From: Candidatus Omnitrophota bacterium
GTDB taxonomy: Bacteria > Omnitrophota > Gorgyraeia > Zapsychrales > Fredricksoniimonadaceae
Length of the DNA: 64,000 bases
Reading direction: 5' to 3'
NCBI GenBank assembly: GCA_903901225.1
Contig: CAIUQE010000019.1
Coordinates: 1,146 to 65,145, forward strand
The stretch's first letter is position 1, and every line of letters starts with the position of its first letter. The notes under the pieces were generated by a model that saw only the letters and a list, made by a program, of their open reading frames with translations, was not told the origin of the DNA and did not search any database. Below, one piece after another: positions 37,833-48,841 of this stretch. Made by a program: the position numbers and the translations under genes.

Positions 37833-39500
37833 GTGAATCTTCATCTGTTGAATATCGCGTTGTGGTTCCTCCCTTATGCCCAGGTCACCGGCCTCGGCCT
37901 GTTGCTGCTGAAATTGCTGCGCTTCGAGTTCAAACGCCCGCGTGACGTGTTGCGCGCGTTCTGGGCGGGATTCGCGGGCCTCATTGCCTGCCTGCAGCTG
38001 ACTCATTTCTTTTGGCCCGTGAACTTTCCGGTGGTCTTGTCGTTAATGTTCCTGAGCGCGTTGGGTTTTATCATGGCTGGCCGCGACGGCGTGAGGCTGC
38101 TGACGAACCTGAAGTTCAAAGATCTCCTGTTCATCATTGTTGCCGCCGGGATCGTGCATGCCTGGGTCCTCAGCCAGAAAGCTGTCGTGCCTGTGCGTTA
38201 TGATACCGGCTTGTATCATATCCAGCAGATCGACTGGCTGATGCGGCATCCGACGGTGGTAGGGCTGGGGAATCTTTTCACGAACCTGGCGTTCCCCCAG
38301 GTGTATTTCTTTTTTGCCGCTTTCCTGGAACGGGCTTACGCGGGCATGGGCGGATGTTATATGGCCAGCTATATCCTGGCTGCCGCCGTCCTGTTCGAAT
38401 GCGCGCTCGGGGCGCGCGCCATTATCGTCAAGGCCGACCTGCGGGTACAAAATTTCTTTCGCGTTCTTCTATTTCTGCCGTTCATTTTCTACGCCTGTTA
38501 TGATAGCCGCGTTGTCACGGCGTCACCCGATGCGGCGGTGTTCCTCATCGAACTGGCGATGACCGCGCTGTTGTTCGACGTGCTGGAAGATCTGCCGGGA
38601 TGTCCGCTGGCTTTCTTCGTTTATATTTTTATGACATTTATCGGTATCGCGCTCAAGCCTTCTTACGCGATCTTTGGTGCTGCCGGGCTTGTGCTGGCCG
38701 GATGGAGGGGGCGCGGGCGTCTTCGTGGATGGTGGTTTGTCCTCATCGGGGCGTGCGTCCTTGTCCCGTTCTTTATCCGCAACATCATGCTGAGCGGGTA
38801 TCTTTTTTTTCCGTCATCTTTCATGCCTTTTCCCGTGGACTGGAGGATCCCCGCGTTCATCCAGGACGGGAATCTCGCGTGTACGTTGAGTTACGCCAAG
38901 GCGGGGGATTGCCAGGCGCGGGCGTTGGGCGATCTGGGCTGGCTCGGGTTCTGGTTAAAGGACGGGATCAGGGGCGCGAGCGGGTTTTTTAACGTTCCTT
39001 TGGGATTGATCTTTTTTGGGTGCCTCTTTGGTGTCAGGAAGGTCTTTAAAGCACCTGTTATCGCTGTTCTTTTGCCGCCGGTCATTTCGTTTACGGTTAT
39101 TTTTTTTACCGCGCCGGATTGCCGCTTCTTTGGCAGCAGCGTCTGGATCATCGGGCTGGTACTCGCGGCGGCGGTTTTCGCCGGAGAAGGGGTCCTGTTG
39201 AAGTTCCTGCCCGTGAAAGGACTGGTCCTTGTGCTCGTTGTTTTATTCGGGCTGATGAGCGCGCGGGGTGCCTGGAGTGCGGTGGCTTTGAAGAGATACA
39301 TTCCCGTTGATCGCGGGCATTACAAGGTGTTCCGCCTGAGCGACGCGGTCAGCGTCCTTCAGTTACAGGGCGATGACCGCTGCTGGGGCACGTCTTTGCC
39401 GTGCACGCCGCATCGTATCGGCGCTTTGAAGTTGCGCGATCCGCGGCACATCGAGGCGGGTTTCACGCGCCAGGGTGACCGGGAGGATATGACGCCATGA
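37833..39500 (+). CDS. Polytopic membrane protein (GT-C-like, unknown function)
   Basis: Many TMs; YDTGLYHIQ.I.W....VVGLGNL, RN..LSGY..FP, TAPD.RF, CW...LPC. Confidence 0.65.
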   Translation: MNLHLLNIALWFLPYAQVTGLGLLLLKLLRFEFKRPRDVLRAFWAGFAGLIACLQLTHFFWPVNFPVVLSLMFLSALGFIMAGRDGVRLLTNLKFKDLLFIIVAAGIVHAWVLSQKAVVPVRYDTGLYHIQQIDWLMRHPTVVGLGNLFTNLAFPQVYFFFAAFLERAYAGMGGCYMASYILAAAVLFECALGARAIIVKADLRVQNFFRVLLFLPFIFYACYDSRVVTASPDAAVFLIELAMTALLFDVLEDLPGCPLAFFVYIFMTFIGIALKPSYAIFGAAGLVLAGWRGRGRLRGWWFVLIGACVLVPFFIRNIMLSGYLFFPSSFMPFPVDWRIPAFIQDGNLACTLSYAKAGDCQARALGDLGWLGFWLKDGIRGASGFFNVPLGLIFFGCLFGVRKVFKAPVIAVLLPPVISFTVIFFTAPDCRFFGSSVWIIGLVLAAAVFAGEGVLLKFLPVKGLVLVLVVLFGLMSARGAWSAVALKRYIPVDRGHYKVFRLSDAVSVLQLQGDDRCWGTSLPCTPHRIGALKLRDPRHIEAGFTRQGDREDMTP

Positions 39501-40762
39501 ACAGTCCGTTGCGGGCCAGGATAGCGGCGCTCCCTGTTTCCAGTGGTGTTTATCTCATGAAGGACGGCGCCGGGGCCATTATTTACGTCGGCAAGGCCGT
39601 GAACCTGCGCCGGCGTGTCCAGTCATATTTCAGGGGCAAGGCGCAAGATCCAAAGACGGGCCTCCTTGTCGCGCAGATCGCGGATATCGACGTGGTCCAG
39701 ACCCACAGCGAGGCCGCGGCGCTCATCCTTGAAGCCGCGCTGGTGAAAGAGCATTTTCCAAGGTTCAACATCGACCTCAAGGATGGCAAATCTTATCCGT
39801 ATATCGAACTGACCCAAGAGGAGTTCCCCCTGGTCTCCCTGGTGCGTCTGGCTGGCGTTGACGGCAAAAAGCCCGGGGCGCGGTATTTCGGGCCTTATGT
39901 CGACGCGCCGCTTGTGCGTGAAGCGCTGGGCCTGGTCCGCAAGATATTTCCTTTTCGCAGTTGCCTCACCATGCCGAAGAAGCCCTGCCTTTACAACGAT
40001 ATCGGCTTGTGCGACGCGCCCTGCGCGGGGCAGATCTCCGTTGAGGATTACCGCCGCAAGATCAACAATATCCGCTGTGTCCTTGACGGGCGCAAGGATG
40101 AGCTTTACCGCAACCTCAGGCAGGACATGGAACGCCTGGCGCAGGCGCGGGATTTTGAACGCGCGGCGGAAGCGCGCGACCAGTTGCGGGCGGTCGGGGC
40201 GCTTTACGCCTCAAGCCCGGATGCCAATTATTTCAAGGAAGCCGAACAGCTCCAGCGGGCTTTTGGCTTGCCGCGCCGCCCGGAGCGCGTGGAGTGCATT
40301 GACATTTCGACCACCATGGGGGCGAATTCCGTCGGGTCCGTTGTCACCTTTCTTGATGGCAGGCCCGATAAGAGCAATTACCGGCGTTTCCGCATCAGGG
40401 AGGTCGAGGGCATGGATGATTTTAAAATGGTCGCCGAGGTCGTGCGCCGGCGTTACGGGCGCCTGAAACGCGCGGGCGCGGCCTATCCCGACCTGGTCAT
40501 TATCGACGGCGGCAAAGGCCAGCTTGCCGCGGCCGAGGCGGAGCTCAGGGCGCTTGACGCGGCCATCCCGCTGATCTCGCTGGCCAAGAGGGAAGAGGAG
40601 GTTTTTCTTCCAGGCCGGCGGGGGCCCGTTATCCTGGACAGGTCATCGCTCGCCTTGAGGTTTTTGCAGCGCGTGCGCGATGAGGCACACCGTTTTGCCC
40701 TGGCGTATCACAGGATATTGCGCGGGAAGAAGTTTGTCGAGTTGGAGCGTAACACTAAGTGA
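39497..40762 (+). CDS. uvrC: Excinuclease ABC subunit C (compact)
   Basis: GVYLMK...IYVGKA.NLR.RV.SYF (GIY-YIG), UVR motif FE.AA..RD, RVEC.DIS, PDL.IIDGGKGQL, QRVRDEAHRFA. Confidence 0.93.
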   Translation: MNSPLRARIAALPVSSGVYLMKDGAGAIIYVGKAVNLRRRVQSYFRGKAQDPKTGLLVAQIADIDVVQTHSEAAALILEAALVKEHFPRFNIDLKDGKSYPYIELTQEEFPLVSLVRLAGVDGKKPGARYFGPYVDAPLVREALGLVRKIFPFRSCLTMPKKPCLYNDIGLCDAPCAGQISVEDYRRKINNIRCVLDGRKDELYRNLRQDMERLAQARDFERAAEARDQLRAVGALYASSPDANYFKEAEQLQRAFGLPRRPERVECIDISTTMGANSVGSVVTFLDGRPDKSNYRRFRIREVEGMDDFKMVAEVVRRRYGRLKRAGAAYPDLVIIDGGKGQLAAAEAELRALDAAIPLISLAKREEEVFLPGRRGPVILDRSSLALRFLQRVRDEAHRFALAYHRILRGKKFVELERNTK

Positions 40763-40816
40763 AATATGATGTTATAAAACGCTGGTAACAAGGCACGCAG
40801 CGGGTATATAATACGC

Positions 40817-43800
40817 ATGGTACGCGCCCGATCCGTAAATGGCACCGGTCGTGCCATCCAACTTATGAGAATATCTTTTTTTAATAAAGATCTCTTTAAA
40901 GACCTGAACCGCAGCCTGAACCGGTCCGGGCGCCGGCCACGGCGTTATTTTATCCTTCTCACTGTGGTCTTTTTTTCCGTGTTCGTATTTTCAGCGCTGA
41001 CGTTCAATTACCTCGTCCTGCGCGGCGCGCTCATCAATGCCAATATCACGCGCAAGCAGGTCATCGTGGATCTGACGAAGGAACTTATTTTTCAGAAACT
41101 GGACGGCTTCGAACAGTTCGGGATCTCGCTGGCGGGGAACCAGGATTTTTTGCAAAAGGTCGCCGTCGGCGACTGGCAGGGCGCGATCGCAACGCTGGGT
41201 GATGTCCCGGGCAAGGCGGAATTCATCGACAGGATATTCCTGGCGGACGCGCGGGGGACTGTCCTTGCCGACCTGCCGCGCCTTGAGGGCGCGGTGGGAC
41301 AGAACCAGGCGCTGACGGACTGGTATCAGGGGGTCAGCCAGAAGTGGGCGCCTTATGTCAGCGAGGTTTACCAGCGGTCCGTCGAGCCGCGCGTCAATGT
41401 TGTCAACATCGCGGTACCGATCGCCACCGGCGCGTACCCGTCCCGGCAGATCATGGGGGTCCTTGTCCTTCAGATCAGGGTGGAGAGTTTTTCGTTATGG
41501 GTCCAGGACCTCAAGCTGGCCTCTGGTGAATACCTGTTCATTGTTGACCACAAAGGCCAGAGCGTTTATCATCCCAAATTTCCCGCTCAGGGTGGCATCA
41601 CCGCGTTCTCTTCCGTCCCCGTTGTCCGCAGAATATTGGACGGCAAGGAAGGCTCGGATTTTACCAATAATCCTTTTGAAAAGGAAAAAAGGTTCGAGAC
41701 CTACGGCCGGATCGAGAATTTCGGCTGGGGGGTTGTCTTGACCCAGCCGGCGCACACGGCTTACGCCGAACACAACAAGGCTCTGGTCACGGTCCTGTTG
41801 ATGTACGGGCTGTTCTTCATTTCCATCGCCGGCCTTGTGGCCACTGTGCTGTGGTTTTTCCGTAAGAATAAGGAACACGCGCTTATCCTGGAAAATACCC
41901 AGCAGGACCTGAGGCTCATCCTTGATTCCACCGCGGAGGCGATCTACGGCGTTGACATTGACGGCAGGTGCACCTTCTGCAATCCCGCGTGCCTGCGCTT
42001 GCTTGGCTACAGCGATGCCCGCGCTCTGCTGGGAGAAGACATGCACCGCAAGGTCCATCATAGCCAGCCGGACGGGGCGCTGATCCCGGTCGGGGAGTGC
42101 CGCATATCCAAAGCGGCCAGGAGCGGCACGGAAGAACATTTTGAAGGGCATGTTTTCTGGCGGGCGGACGGGACGAGCTTTCCTGTTGAAGTGTGGTCCT
42201 ACCCGCAGCGCCGCGACGGAAGGCTTGTCGGAACGGTCGTCACGTTCATCGACATCACCGAGCGCGAGCGCGCCGAAGAAGTGCTGCGCGAGAGCGAAGA
42301 GAAACACCGCGTCCTTTTTGAAAGTTCCCATGACGCCTTGATGACGATTTCGCCTCCTTTGTGGAAGTTCACCGAGGCTAACCCCGTTACGCTGCAGTTG
42401 TTTGGGGTTGCGACCAAGCAGGAATTCCTGGCCATCGGGCCGTGGGACGTTGCCCCCCAGAAGCAGCCTGACGGGCGCGATTCCGGCGAGAAGGCGAAGG
42501 CCATGATCGAGACGGCCGTGCGCGAAGGGTCGCATTTTTTTGAATGGACGCACAAACGTATCGACGGGAAGGAGTTCCCCGCCACGATCCTGCTCACGCG
42601 GATGCAGTATGGCGGCCAGATGATGCTGCAGGCCACGGTGCGTGATATCAGCGAGCAGAAGCGCCGCGCGGAAGAGTTGCAACGCTCGGCCTCTTTTCTG
42701 ATGATGTCGCACGATCTTGCGGAAATCGGGTCGTGGGAATATGACCTCGCGACCCAGACGACGGTCTGGTCCGAGAAGATGTTCGCGATCCACGGCATCG
42801 CGCCGCAGGCCGGGGCCCCGGCGTTCGCCAGGATCGCGGAGATGGTCCATCCGGATGACCGCGACCGCTGGGGGCGGATGATCGAGGATGTGGTCAGGAC
42901 CAAAATGTCGCAGGAGATCGAGTTTAGGATCATCAGGCCTGATGGCGAATGCCGCTGGCTGCACGCGCGCGAGGCGGCGTATAACCGCGTTCAGGAGGAC
43001 CGGACGTATTTTTACGGGGTCATCCGGGATATCACGGCACGCAGGCGCACCGAGGAAGAGATCGCCTTCAAGAACATCATCCTTTCTTTCCAGGCGGAGA
43101 CGTCGATCGACGGCATCCTCACCGTCGACGAACAGGGCCGGGTCATCCTGGCCAACCGGCGTTTCGCGTTCATGTGGAACGTTCCCAACGAGATCATGGA
43201 GTCAAGATCTGACGAAAAGCTCCAGCGGCACATGGGGTCGTTCCTGGCCGCGCCCGAGGCCTTTTTCAAGAGGATCCAGTTTCTTTACGCGAACCGCCAT
43301 GAGAAGAGCACTGACGAGCTTACGTTCACCGGCGGGAAGGTGTTCGAACGTTATACCTCGCCCATGTTCGACAGCGACGGGAAGTATTACGGCAGGGTTT
43401 GGTACTTCCGCGACATCACCGCGCCCCGCAAGATGGGCGAGAGCATCCGCCGTTCGGAGAACCAGAAAAGAGCGCTCCTCGACAACATTCCGGACCTGGC
43501 CTGGCTCAAGGATAAGGAAGGGAAGTATATCGCGGCCAATGAATCTTTTTCCAGGGCTTGTGGCGTGGATGTCATCACGGTCCTGGGAAAGACCGACGCG
43601 GATATTTGGCCGCCGGATGTGGCCGGGAAATACGCCGTGGATGACCAGGAGGTCATGGCGGCAGGCCAGGGCAAGACGCTCATCGAACCGGTGACGGATA
43701 AAGAGGGGAAGACCCAGTGGTTCCAGACCACCAGGACGCCCATTCACAATGAGAAAGGCGAGATCATCGGCACGGCCGGGATCGCCCGTGATATCACCGT

Positions 43801-44686
43801 CCAGAAGAACGACGCGGAGGAATTGCGCCGGGCGTATGAACATCTCAACGCGGCCAAAGACCAGCTCGTGCAGTCCGAGAAACTGGCCGCCATCGGCCAA
43901 CTGGCCGCGGGCGTGGCGCATGAGATCAACAATCCCATGGGGTTTGTCGCCAGCAACCTGGAGATGCTCGAAGAGTACGTTGCCGGATTTTTGAAGATGA
44001 TCGACTTTACGCGCCGGCTCAAGGTCGCCGTTGAGAAGAAGGATGCGGCCGCGGCGTTCGCGGTCATGGTCGAGATGCGCGAGTTCGAGTCTTCCGTCAA
44101 CATGCCTTACATTATCAGTGACAGCGAGAACCTGGTGCGCCAGTCGCGCGACGGCGTCAGCCGCATCAAGAAGATCGTGGCGGACCTCTCGAACTTTTCG
44201 CGCGATGAGGTCGAATGGACCGAGGAGCTCATCAAGATCGAGGATGTCGTCGGGATGGCGCTCAGCGTCGCTTTCAATGAACTGAAATACCGCATCGAGC
44301 TGCGCCGGGAATACGGCCCCACGCCCCCGGTATTGTGCAACACCCAGAAGTTGGCCCAGGTTTTCCTGAATCTCCTGATGAACGCCGCCCAGTCGATCGC
44401 CGACAAGGGCGTGGTCGAGATCCGGACTTACGTGAAGGATGGTTATCTCGGCGTTGATATCATGGACAGCGGTTGCGGGATACCTGAGGAGAATCTGAAC
44501 AAGATCTTTGACCCGTTCTTCACGACAAAGCCCGCCGGCAAGGGGACGGGGCTTGGCCTGAGCATCAGCTACGAGCTTGTCAAGAAGCAGGGCGGCGAGA
44601 TCACGGTCCGTTCGACGGTCGGCAAGGGCAGTGTTTTTTCGGTGATGTTGCCGCTTTCTTCTAAAAAACCCGTGCCCCGGGCATGA
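40817..44686 (+). CDS. Cache plus multi-PAS sensor histidine kinase
   Basis: Two TMs flanking a dCache-like domain, about five PAS/PAC repeats, H-box [44 protein letters not shown]. Alternative start at 40865. Confidence 0.93.
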   Translation: MVRARSVNGTGRAIQLMRISFFNKDLFKDLNRSLNRSGRRPRRYFILLTVVFFSVFVFSALTFNYLVLRGALINANITRKQVIVDLTKELIFQKLDGFEQFGISLAGNQDFLQKVAVGDWQGAIATLGDVPGKAEFIDRIFLADARGTVLADLPRLEGAVGQNQALTDWYQGVSQKWAPYVSEVYQRSVEPRVNVVNIAVPIATGAYPSRQIMGVLVLQIRVESFSLWVQDLKLASGEYLFIVDHKGQSVYHPKFPAQGGITAFSSVPVVRRILDGKEGSDFTNNPFEKEKRFETYGRIENFGWGVVLTQPAHTAYAEHNKALVTVLLMYGLFFISIAGLVATVLWFFRKNKEHALILENTQQDLRLILDSTAEAIYGVDIDGRCTFCNPACLRLLGYSDARALLGEDMHRKVHHSQPDGALIPVGECRISKAARSGTEEHFEGHVFWRADGTSFPVEVWSYPQRRDGRLVGTVVTFIDITERERAEEVLRESEEKHRVLFESSHDALMTISPPLWKFTEANPVTLQLFGVATKQEFLAIGPWDVAPQKQPDGRDSGEKAKAMIETAVREGSHFFEWTHKRIDGKEFPATILLTRMQYGGQMMLQATVRDISEQKRRAEELQRSASFLMMSHDLAEIGSWEYDLATQTTVWSEKMFAIHGIAPQAGAPAFARIAEMVHPDDRDRWGRMIEDVVRTKMSQEIEFRIIRPDGECRWLHAREAAYNRVQEDRTYFYGVIRDITARRRTEEEIAFKNIILSFQAETSIDGILTVDEQGRVILANRRFAFMWNVPNEIMESRSDEKLQRHMGSFLAAPEAFFKRIQFLYANRHEKSTDELTFTGGKVFERYTSPMFDSDGKYYGRVWYFRDITAPRKMGESIRRSENQKRALLDNIPDLAWLKDKEGKYIAANESFSRACGVDVITVLGKTDADIWPPDVAGKYAVDDQEVMAAGQGKTLIEPVTDKEGKTQWFQTTRTPIHNEKGEIIGTAGIARDITVQKNDAEELRRAYEHLNAAKDQLVQSEKLAAIGQLAAGVAHEINNPMGFVASNLEMLEEYVAGFLKMIDFTRRLKVAVEKKDAAAAFAVMVEMREFESSVNMPYIISDSENLVRQSRDGVSRIKKIVADLSNFSRDEVEWTEELIKIEDVVGMALSVAFNELKYRIELRREYGPTPPVLCNTQKLAQVFLNLLMNAAQSIADKGVVEIRTYVKDGYLGVDIMDSGCGIPEENLNKIFDPFFTTKPAGKGTGLGLSISYELVKKQGGEITVRSTVGKGSVFSVMLPLSSKKPVPRA

Positions 44687-44747
44687 CCCGTGATCTTTTT
44701 TTACCTTTTCCTGGTGTATACTTGTTGCGTACGGGGGGAGGTATCGT

Positions 44748-46841
44748 ATGCGCGCGTTTTTGCTGAAAGTCCTGATGGCGGCGCTGGGCGTGGTCCTTTT
44801 GTCCTGCCGTCCTTCCTTATCCCAGCCTTTGGATATCCACACACTGGCTTCGGGCATCGGCGCCGCGGCTGGCGGTCCCGGAGGTATTTCTTTGTCACGA
44901 AAGCCGGCCATGCCCGTTGAGCTGACGGATCCTCTCCGTCAGGAGATGAGCCTGAAGATCGCCGCGGGGCTGGTGTCGCTTGCCGACGCGGCAACGCATG
45001 TGGCGCCGAGCCATGTCGGCCATCCCGGTTTTCACGACGCGGCGTTCGTGTATGACAAGGCCGTGGACGCGCTCGTCTTGCGCGCCGCCGGCGCGGACCA
45101 TGAAGCGCGCGCCGTCCTTGATTATTTCGCGCAGCGCCTGCGCATCCCCCTGGGTGAGGTCAAAAAGAACGCGGATGCCAACGGCATTTACGGGATGCTG
45201 AAACTGGTCCCGTCCATTGACGATCCTCGCGGCGTCGGGCTTGTCAATGCCGTGGATTGCCGTTCGACGGAGGTTGAGGGGCGCGGCCAGGTCGAGTACT
45301 GGACAACGCCGGGGCCCGTGGCGTTCATGGTCATGGCGTTGCTGAAAGTGGACCGCAAGAAATATCTGCCGGAGGCTCTGACCTTGGGGCGTGCCCTGCG
45401 GCTGATGCAGCGGGCTGACGGCGCTGTCACGGACGGCGACCGGGGCGCGGGGAACGTGTGGACGGAACCGCACATGGATTCCTATTCGGCGTTCCTGATG
45501 CTTTTTGAAGCGACGGGTGACGGGGCCTGGAAAGAGGCGGCGGACAAGGCGTGGGAGTGGTTCGCGGGCAATGTTTACAAGCCCGGCGACGGCGTGATCC
45601 ACCAGGGGATGCGCCCCGGCGGGCCGACGGCTGTGTTCGCGACCGATGCCTATTCATGGACCATGGCGGGGCGGGGCGGGGAACGGCTGCCGCTCGACGT
45701 GCTGGAGAAATTGACCGACCGGATGCTGCGCAGCACCGTCGCGCGGGTGACGCTGGAACTTCCCGACGGGGATACCCGGACCGTGACCCTGGTGGATTTT
45801 ACCGACGCGCGGGATGAGCGCATCAAGGCTGATCGCGGCGGCTTCCATCCCATGGGGTCCGTCGAGTGGATCGGCGGGGTGATCCTGGCCCTGCAGAAGA
45901 ACGCGGTGCGTTTCTGGAACGAAGGCAGTTTCGCGTCGCAGGAAAAAGCGGGGTATTACAAGGCGCTCGCCGAGTTCTTCAACCGCCAGGCGATGGATAC
46001 CTTCTACGCGCTTGACGGCGTTAAAGGCCTGGTGTCGTTCTACGCGACCTCCCAGTGGCTGGCGACGGGGCATGGCTGGAAAACGCCGTATTTTTACGTG
46101 AAGGACCCCGCGGGCAAGCCGTCGGTCAAGGGCGGCAGCACCATTGGCGCCTGGGTCGTCCTGCCGCTGTTGCGCGATGACCCTTTCAAGCTGGATGATG
46201 ATTACGGCCGGGTGTATGACGCCATCCCCCTGGATGAACCGGCTACCCGTAAAGCAGAGGCGTATATCGCGGATATCGTCCAGGCGCGGACGTTCACGGA
46301 ACCTGTCCCGACGGAGATGGCATCGGACGTGGGCGATATCCCCGAGATGTGGCGTTACAACGTGCAGATGTTCAACGCGTTCAACGCGGGCAATTATTAC
46401 GCGGCGATCCTCTGGGCCGAGAAGGTCGTGGGCAACAGCGAATGGCGCCGGCTCGCCGTCGACCAGCAGCGCCGCAAGGCGCGTGACGTGAAGGGCCTTG
46501 TGGACTACCCCTGGGGCACGCCCGTGGCCGAGGTGAAGGAAAAGCAAAGGACCATCCAGAAATACCCGCTGCTTAATGAAATGGGCGCGGCCATGTGGGG
46601 GCTCGCGGTATCGCAGTACAGGCTGGGTAATTTGAGCGAGGCGAAGAGCTGGGTCAAGACCATCATCGCAACGGTCCCTTATCACCAGATCTTCGCGCCG
46701 TCAGGGCCGGGTTACTGGAACGCGCTGGTGTCCTGGGAGACGAATCCGGGCGGCAGTGCCCTTGATGCCGCCATGGGCGAGATCTACCGCGAGGTCCTGC
46801 GCGACATGGGCAGCGCGTCCGCCATGCCGCCGTCTTTTTAA
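44748..46841 (+). CDS. Exported protein, probable alpha/alpha-toroid (six-hairpin glycosidase-like) fold with a TPR-like C-terminus
   Basis: Signal or lipobox (LLSC); helical repeats YD.A...L, WTEPHMD.Y.AF, W...A..A.EW, D..SW; C-terminal LNE.G...W...A.......Y.QIF.P....YW. Confidence 0.5.
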   Translation: MRAFLLKVLMAALGVVLLSCRPSLSQPLDIHTLASGIGAAAGGPGGISLSRKPAMPVELTDPLRQEMSLKIAAGLVSLADAATHVAPSHVGHPGFHDAAFVYDKAVDALVLRAAGADHEARAVLDYFAQRLRIPLGEVKKNADANGIYGMLKLVPSIDDPRGVGLVNAVDCRSTEVEGRGQVEYWTTPGPVAFMVMALLKVDRKKYLPEALTLGRALRLMQRADGAVTDGDRGAGNVWTEPHMDSYSAFLMLFEATGDGAWKEAADKAWEWFAGNVYKPGDGVIHQGMRPGGPTAVFATDAYSWTMAGRGGERLPLDVLEKLTDRMLRSTVARVTLELPDGDTRTVTLVDFTDARDERIKADRGGFHPMGSVEWIGGVILALQKNAVRFWNEGSFASQEKAGYYKALAEFFNRQAMDTFYALDGVKGLVSFYATSQWLATGHGWKTPYFYVKDPAGKPSVKGGSTIGAWVVLPLLRDDPFKLDDDYGRVYDAIPLDEPATRKAEAYIADIVQARTFTEPVPTEMASDVGDIPEMWRYNVQMFNAFNAGNYYAAILWAEKVVGNSEWRRLAVDQQRRKARDVKGLVDYPWGTPVAEVKEKQRTIQKYPLLNEMGAAMWGLAVSQYRLGNLSEAKSWVKTIIATVPYHQIFAPSGPGYWNALVSWETNPGGSALDAAMGEIYREVLRDMGSASAMPPSF

Positions 46842-47218
46842 GCTTTAATCGCCGGGAAGAATTTTACGCCGGGCAGGTTTTTGAAGTCAGCGTCCTGGGT
46901 CCAGACAGTCCCGCGCATCAAGCGCGCTGTGGCGAGGACAATGCTGTCCGCCATGGGGAGTTTAAGTTCAGCGCTGATCTTGGCCGCGTTCAATGACAAA
47001 GGCGCGTCCAGAGGGATGATCAGCCCCTGGTTCATGAGGCCGATGGCCTGCAGGGCATTATTTTCATCGCGCTCCTGGAGGATCTTTTTGAAGACCTCGT
47101 AGAGGCAGATGACAGGGACAACGAGCTTGCCGGTGTTCTCAATGGGCGCGGCGAAATGTTTCGCGTTGGCGCCGTCACTGAAATATTCCAGCCAGGCCGA
47201 AGAGTCCACGATGTTCAT
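46838..47218 (-). CDS. vapC: VapC family PIN-domain toxin
   Basis: IVDSSAWLEY, LYEV, L.MADSI..ATA, WTQD.DF. Confidence 0.92.
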   Translation of the reverse strand: MNIVDSSAWLEYFSDGANAKHFAAPIENTGKLVVPVICLYEVFKKILQERDENNALQAIGLMNQGLIIPLDAPLSLNAAKISAELKLPMADSIVLATARLMRGTVWTQDADFKNLPGVKFFPAIKA

Positions 47219-47421
47219 ACGCGGTCACTCTCCCGTTCGATCGACGTACTTATCCCCTTAAGAAACCCGCGCATGGTCTTCATTTTCTTGACCGGCAGCA
47301 GTTCAATGCGGTCCTGGAAGTGGAACACCTGGAGCTTCTCTCCGGGACCAATGGGAAATTCCTTGCGCATCAGCGCGGGGATGACGATCTGGTATTTGGG
47401 CGAGACGGTCACGGTTGTCAT
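47215..47421 (-). CDS. AbrB/MazE/SpoVT-family antitoxin
   Basis: VTVSPKYQIVIP..MR....I.PG..L; ATGA overlap with vapC. Confidence 0.9.
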   Translation of the reverse strand: MTTVTVSPKYQIVIPALMRKEFPIGPGEKLQVFHFQDRIELLPVKKMKTMRGFLKGISTSIERESDRV

Positions 47422-47518
47422 ACGTTTCTCCGATCGATAAGATATTTGTAGCACATCCCAACTATAGCAGGCCTTTGCAGATGGTCAAGAGATCCTGCAT
47501 GTCGTGTATGGAGGGGTT

Positions 47519-47547
47519 TTGACAAGAAAATATATGGTGACTACAAT
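47519..47547 (+). promoter_or_regulatory. Sigma70 promoter upstream of ychF
   Basis: TTGACA-17 nt-TACAAT. Confidence 0.6.
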
Positions 47548-47746
47548 GAACAATGATTTTCATGAAAAATCCGGGTTAAATAAGAAGAAATGTTTTGGAA
47601 GCAGGTGGAATTCGTTTTTTGTCGCACTATGAGTTACAATTCGCGGTCCATGAACGCTCCAGATAAAAACCATCGACAGATAGGCCTTCGGGCAGTAATA
47701 TATACAATCTTTAAGTTATATTAATATCGATTCAACAAGGAATTCC

Positions 47747-48820
47747 ATGGAAATAGGTATCGTCGGGCTTCCCAACGTCGGGAAGTCAACATTGTTCAAC
47801 GCGTTGACCGGGGCCGCCGCGGCCGCGTCGAATTTCCCTTTCACGACCATTGAGCCGAATGTGGGGGTCGTGCCGATCCCTGATGATCGGCTGTCGCGGC
47901 TGTCGGACGAGTGGCATTCGGCCAAGATCACGCCGGCGGGCATCCGTTTCGTGGATATCGCGGGGCTCGTCAAGGGCGCGAGCAAGGGCGAGGGGCTGGG
48001 CAACCAGTTTTTGGGCAACATCCGCTCCGTGGACGCGGTGGCGCACGTGGTGCGGTGTTTCAGGGATGACAATGTCATTAATGTCATGAACGACTTGAAT
48101 CCGACGGATGCCGCGGACATCATCGAGATGGAATTGATGCTTTCTGACATGCAGCAGGCGCAGAAAGCTTACGACAAATGGATGCGCCCGGCCAAGTGCG
48201 GCGACAAGGACGCGAAGATCAAATGCGACGTGCTCGAAGCGGTCCTCAAGGGATTGGATGAAGGTATTCCGGTGCGCCGTCAGACCATCGACCAGGCGGT
48301 CGCGAGGGAATTCCAGTTCATCACCAACAAGCCGGTCATGTATGTGGCGAACACCGGCGAGAACGGGCCGGATGAGGCGCTCATGGCCCCGCTGGTCGAG
48401 CGCGCGGCGAAAGAAGGCGCGGCCCTGATCCCGTTGTGCACGAAATTCGAGGCCGAGGTGGTCCAGCTTTCGCCCGAGGAGCGCAAGGAATATTATGACG
48501 CGGCGGGCATCGGGACCCCCGGGTTGGCCCGTCTGGCCCAGGCCGGGAAAGACCTGCTGCGTCAGGTGTGTTTTTTCACGGCCGGCGAGCAGGAGACGCG
48601 CGCGTGGCTTATTCCTCAAGAGACGCGGGCCGTGAAGGCCGCGGGCAAGATCCATACCGATATCGAACGCGGGTTCATCCGCGCCGAGATCTACCGTTAC
48701 AAGGACCTTGTGGCGCTGGGGTCTTACAAGGCCGTGCAGGAAGCTAAAAAGATCACTCTTGAAGGCAAAGATTACCTTATGCAAGAGGGTGATGTCGTCT
48801 ATTTTAGATTCAGCGTGTAA
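47747..48820 (+). CDS. ychF: Ribosome-binding ATPase YchF
   Basis: GIVGLPNVGKSTLFNALT, NFPFTTIEPN, DIAGLVKGAS.GEGLGNQFL, AAGKIHTD.ERGFIRAE. Confidence 0.97.
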   Translation: MEIGIVGLPNVGKSTLFNALTGAAAAASNFPFTTIEPNVGVVPIPDDRLSRLSDEWHSAKITPAGIRFVDIAGLVKGASKGEGLGNQFLGNIRSVDAVAHVVRCFRDDNVINVMNDLNPTDAADIIEMELMLSDMQQAQKAYDKWMRPAKCGDKDAKIKCDVLEAVLKGLDEGIPVRRQTIDQAVAREFQFITNKPVMYVANTGENGPDEALMAPLVERAAKEGAALIPLCTKFEAEVVQLSPEERKEYYDAAGIGTPGLARLAQAGKDLLRQVCFFTAGEQETRAWLIPQETRAVKAAGKIHTDIERGFIRAEIYRYKDLVALGSYKAVQEAKKITLEGKDYLMQEGDVVYFRFSV

Positions 48821-48841
48821 CTATCGGAAGCCGGTTGACCC

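Noticed and set aside
39497-40762. uvrC (also holA and comEC) as truncated pseudogenes
   Set aside because: Frames are intact, core motifs are retained and no downstream remnants are visible; compact variants are more likely.
47548-47746. Possible ncRNA or leader peptide upstream of ychF
   Set aside because: AT-rich, with no convincing structure and no SD-supported ORF.
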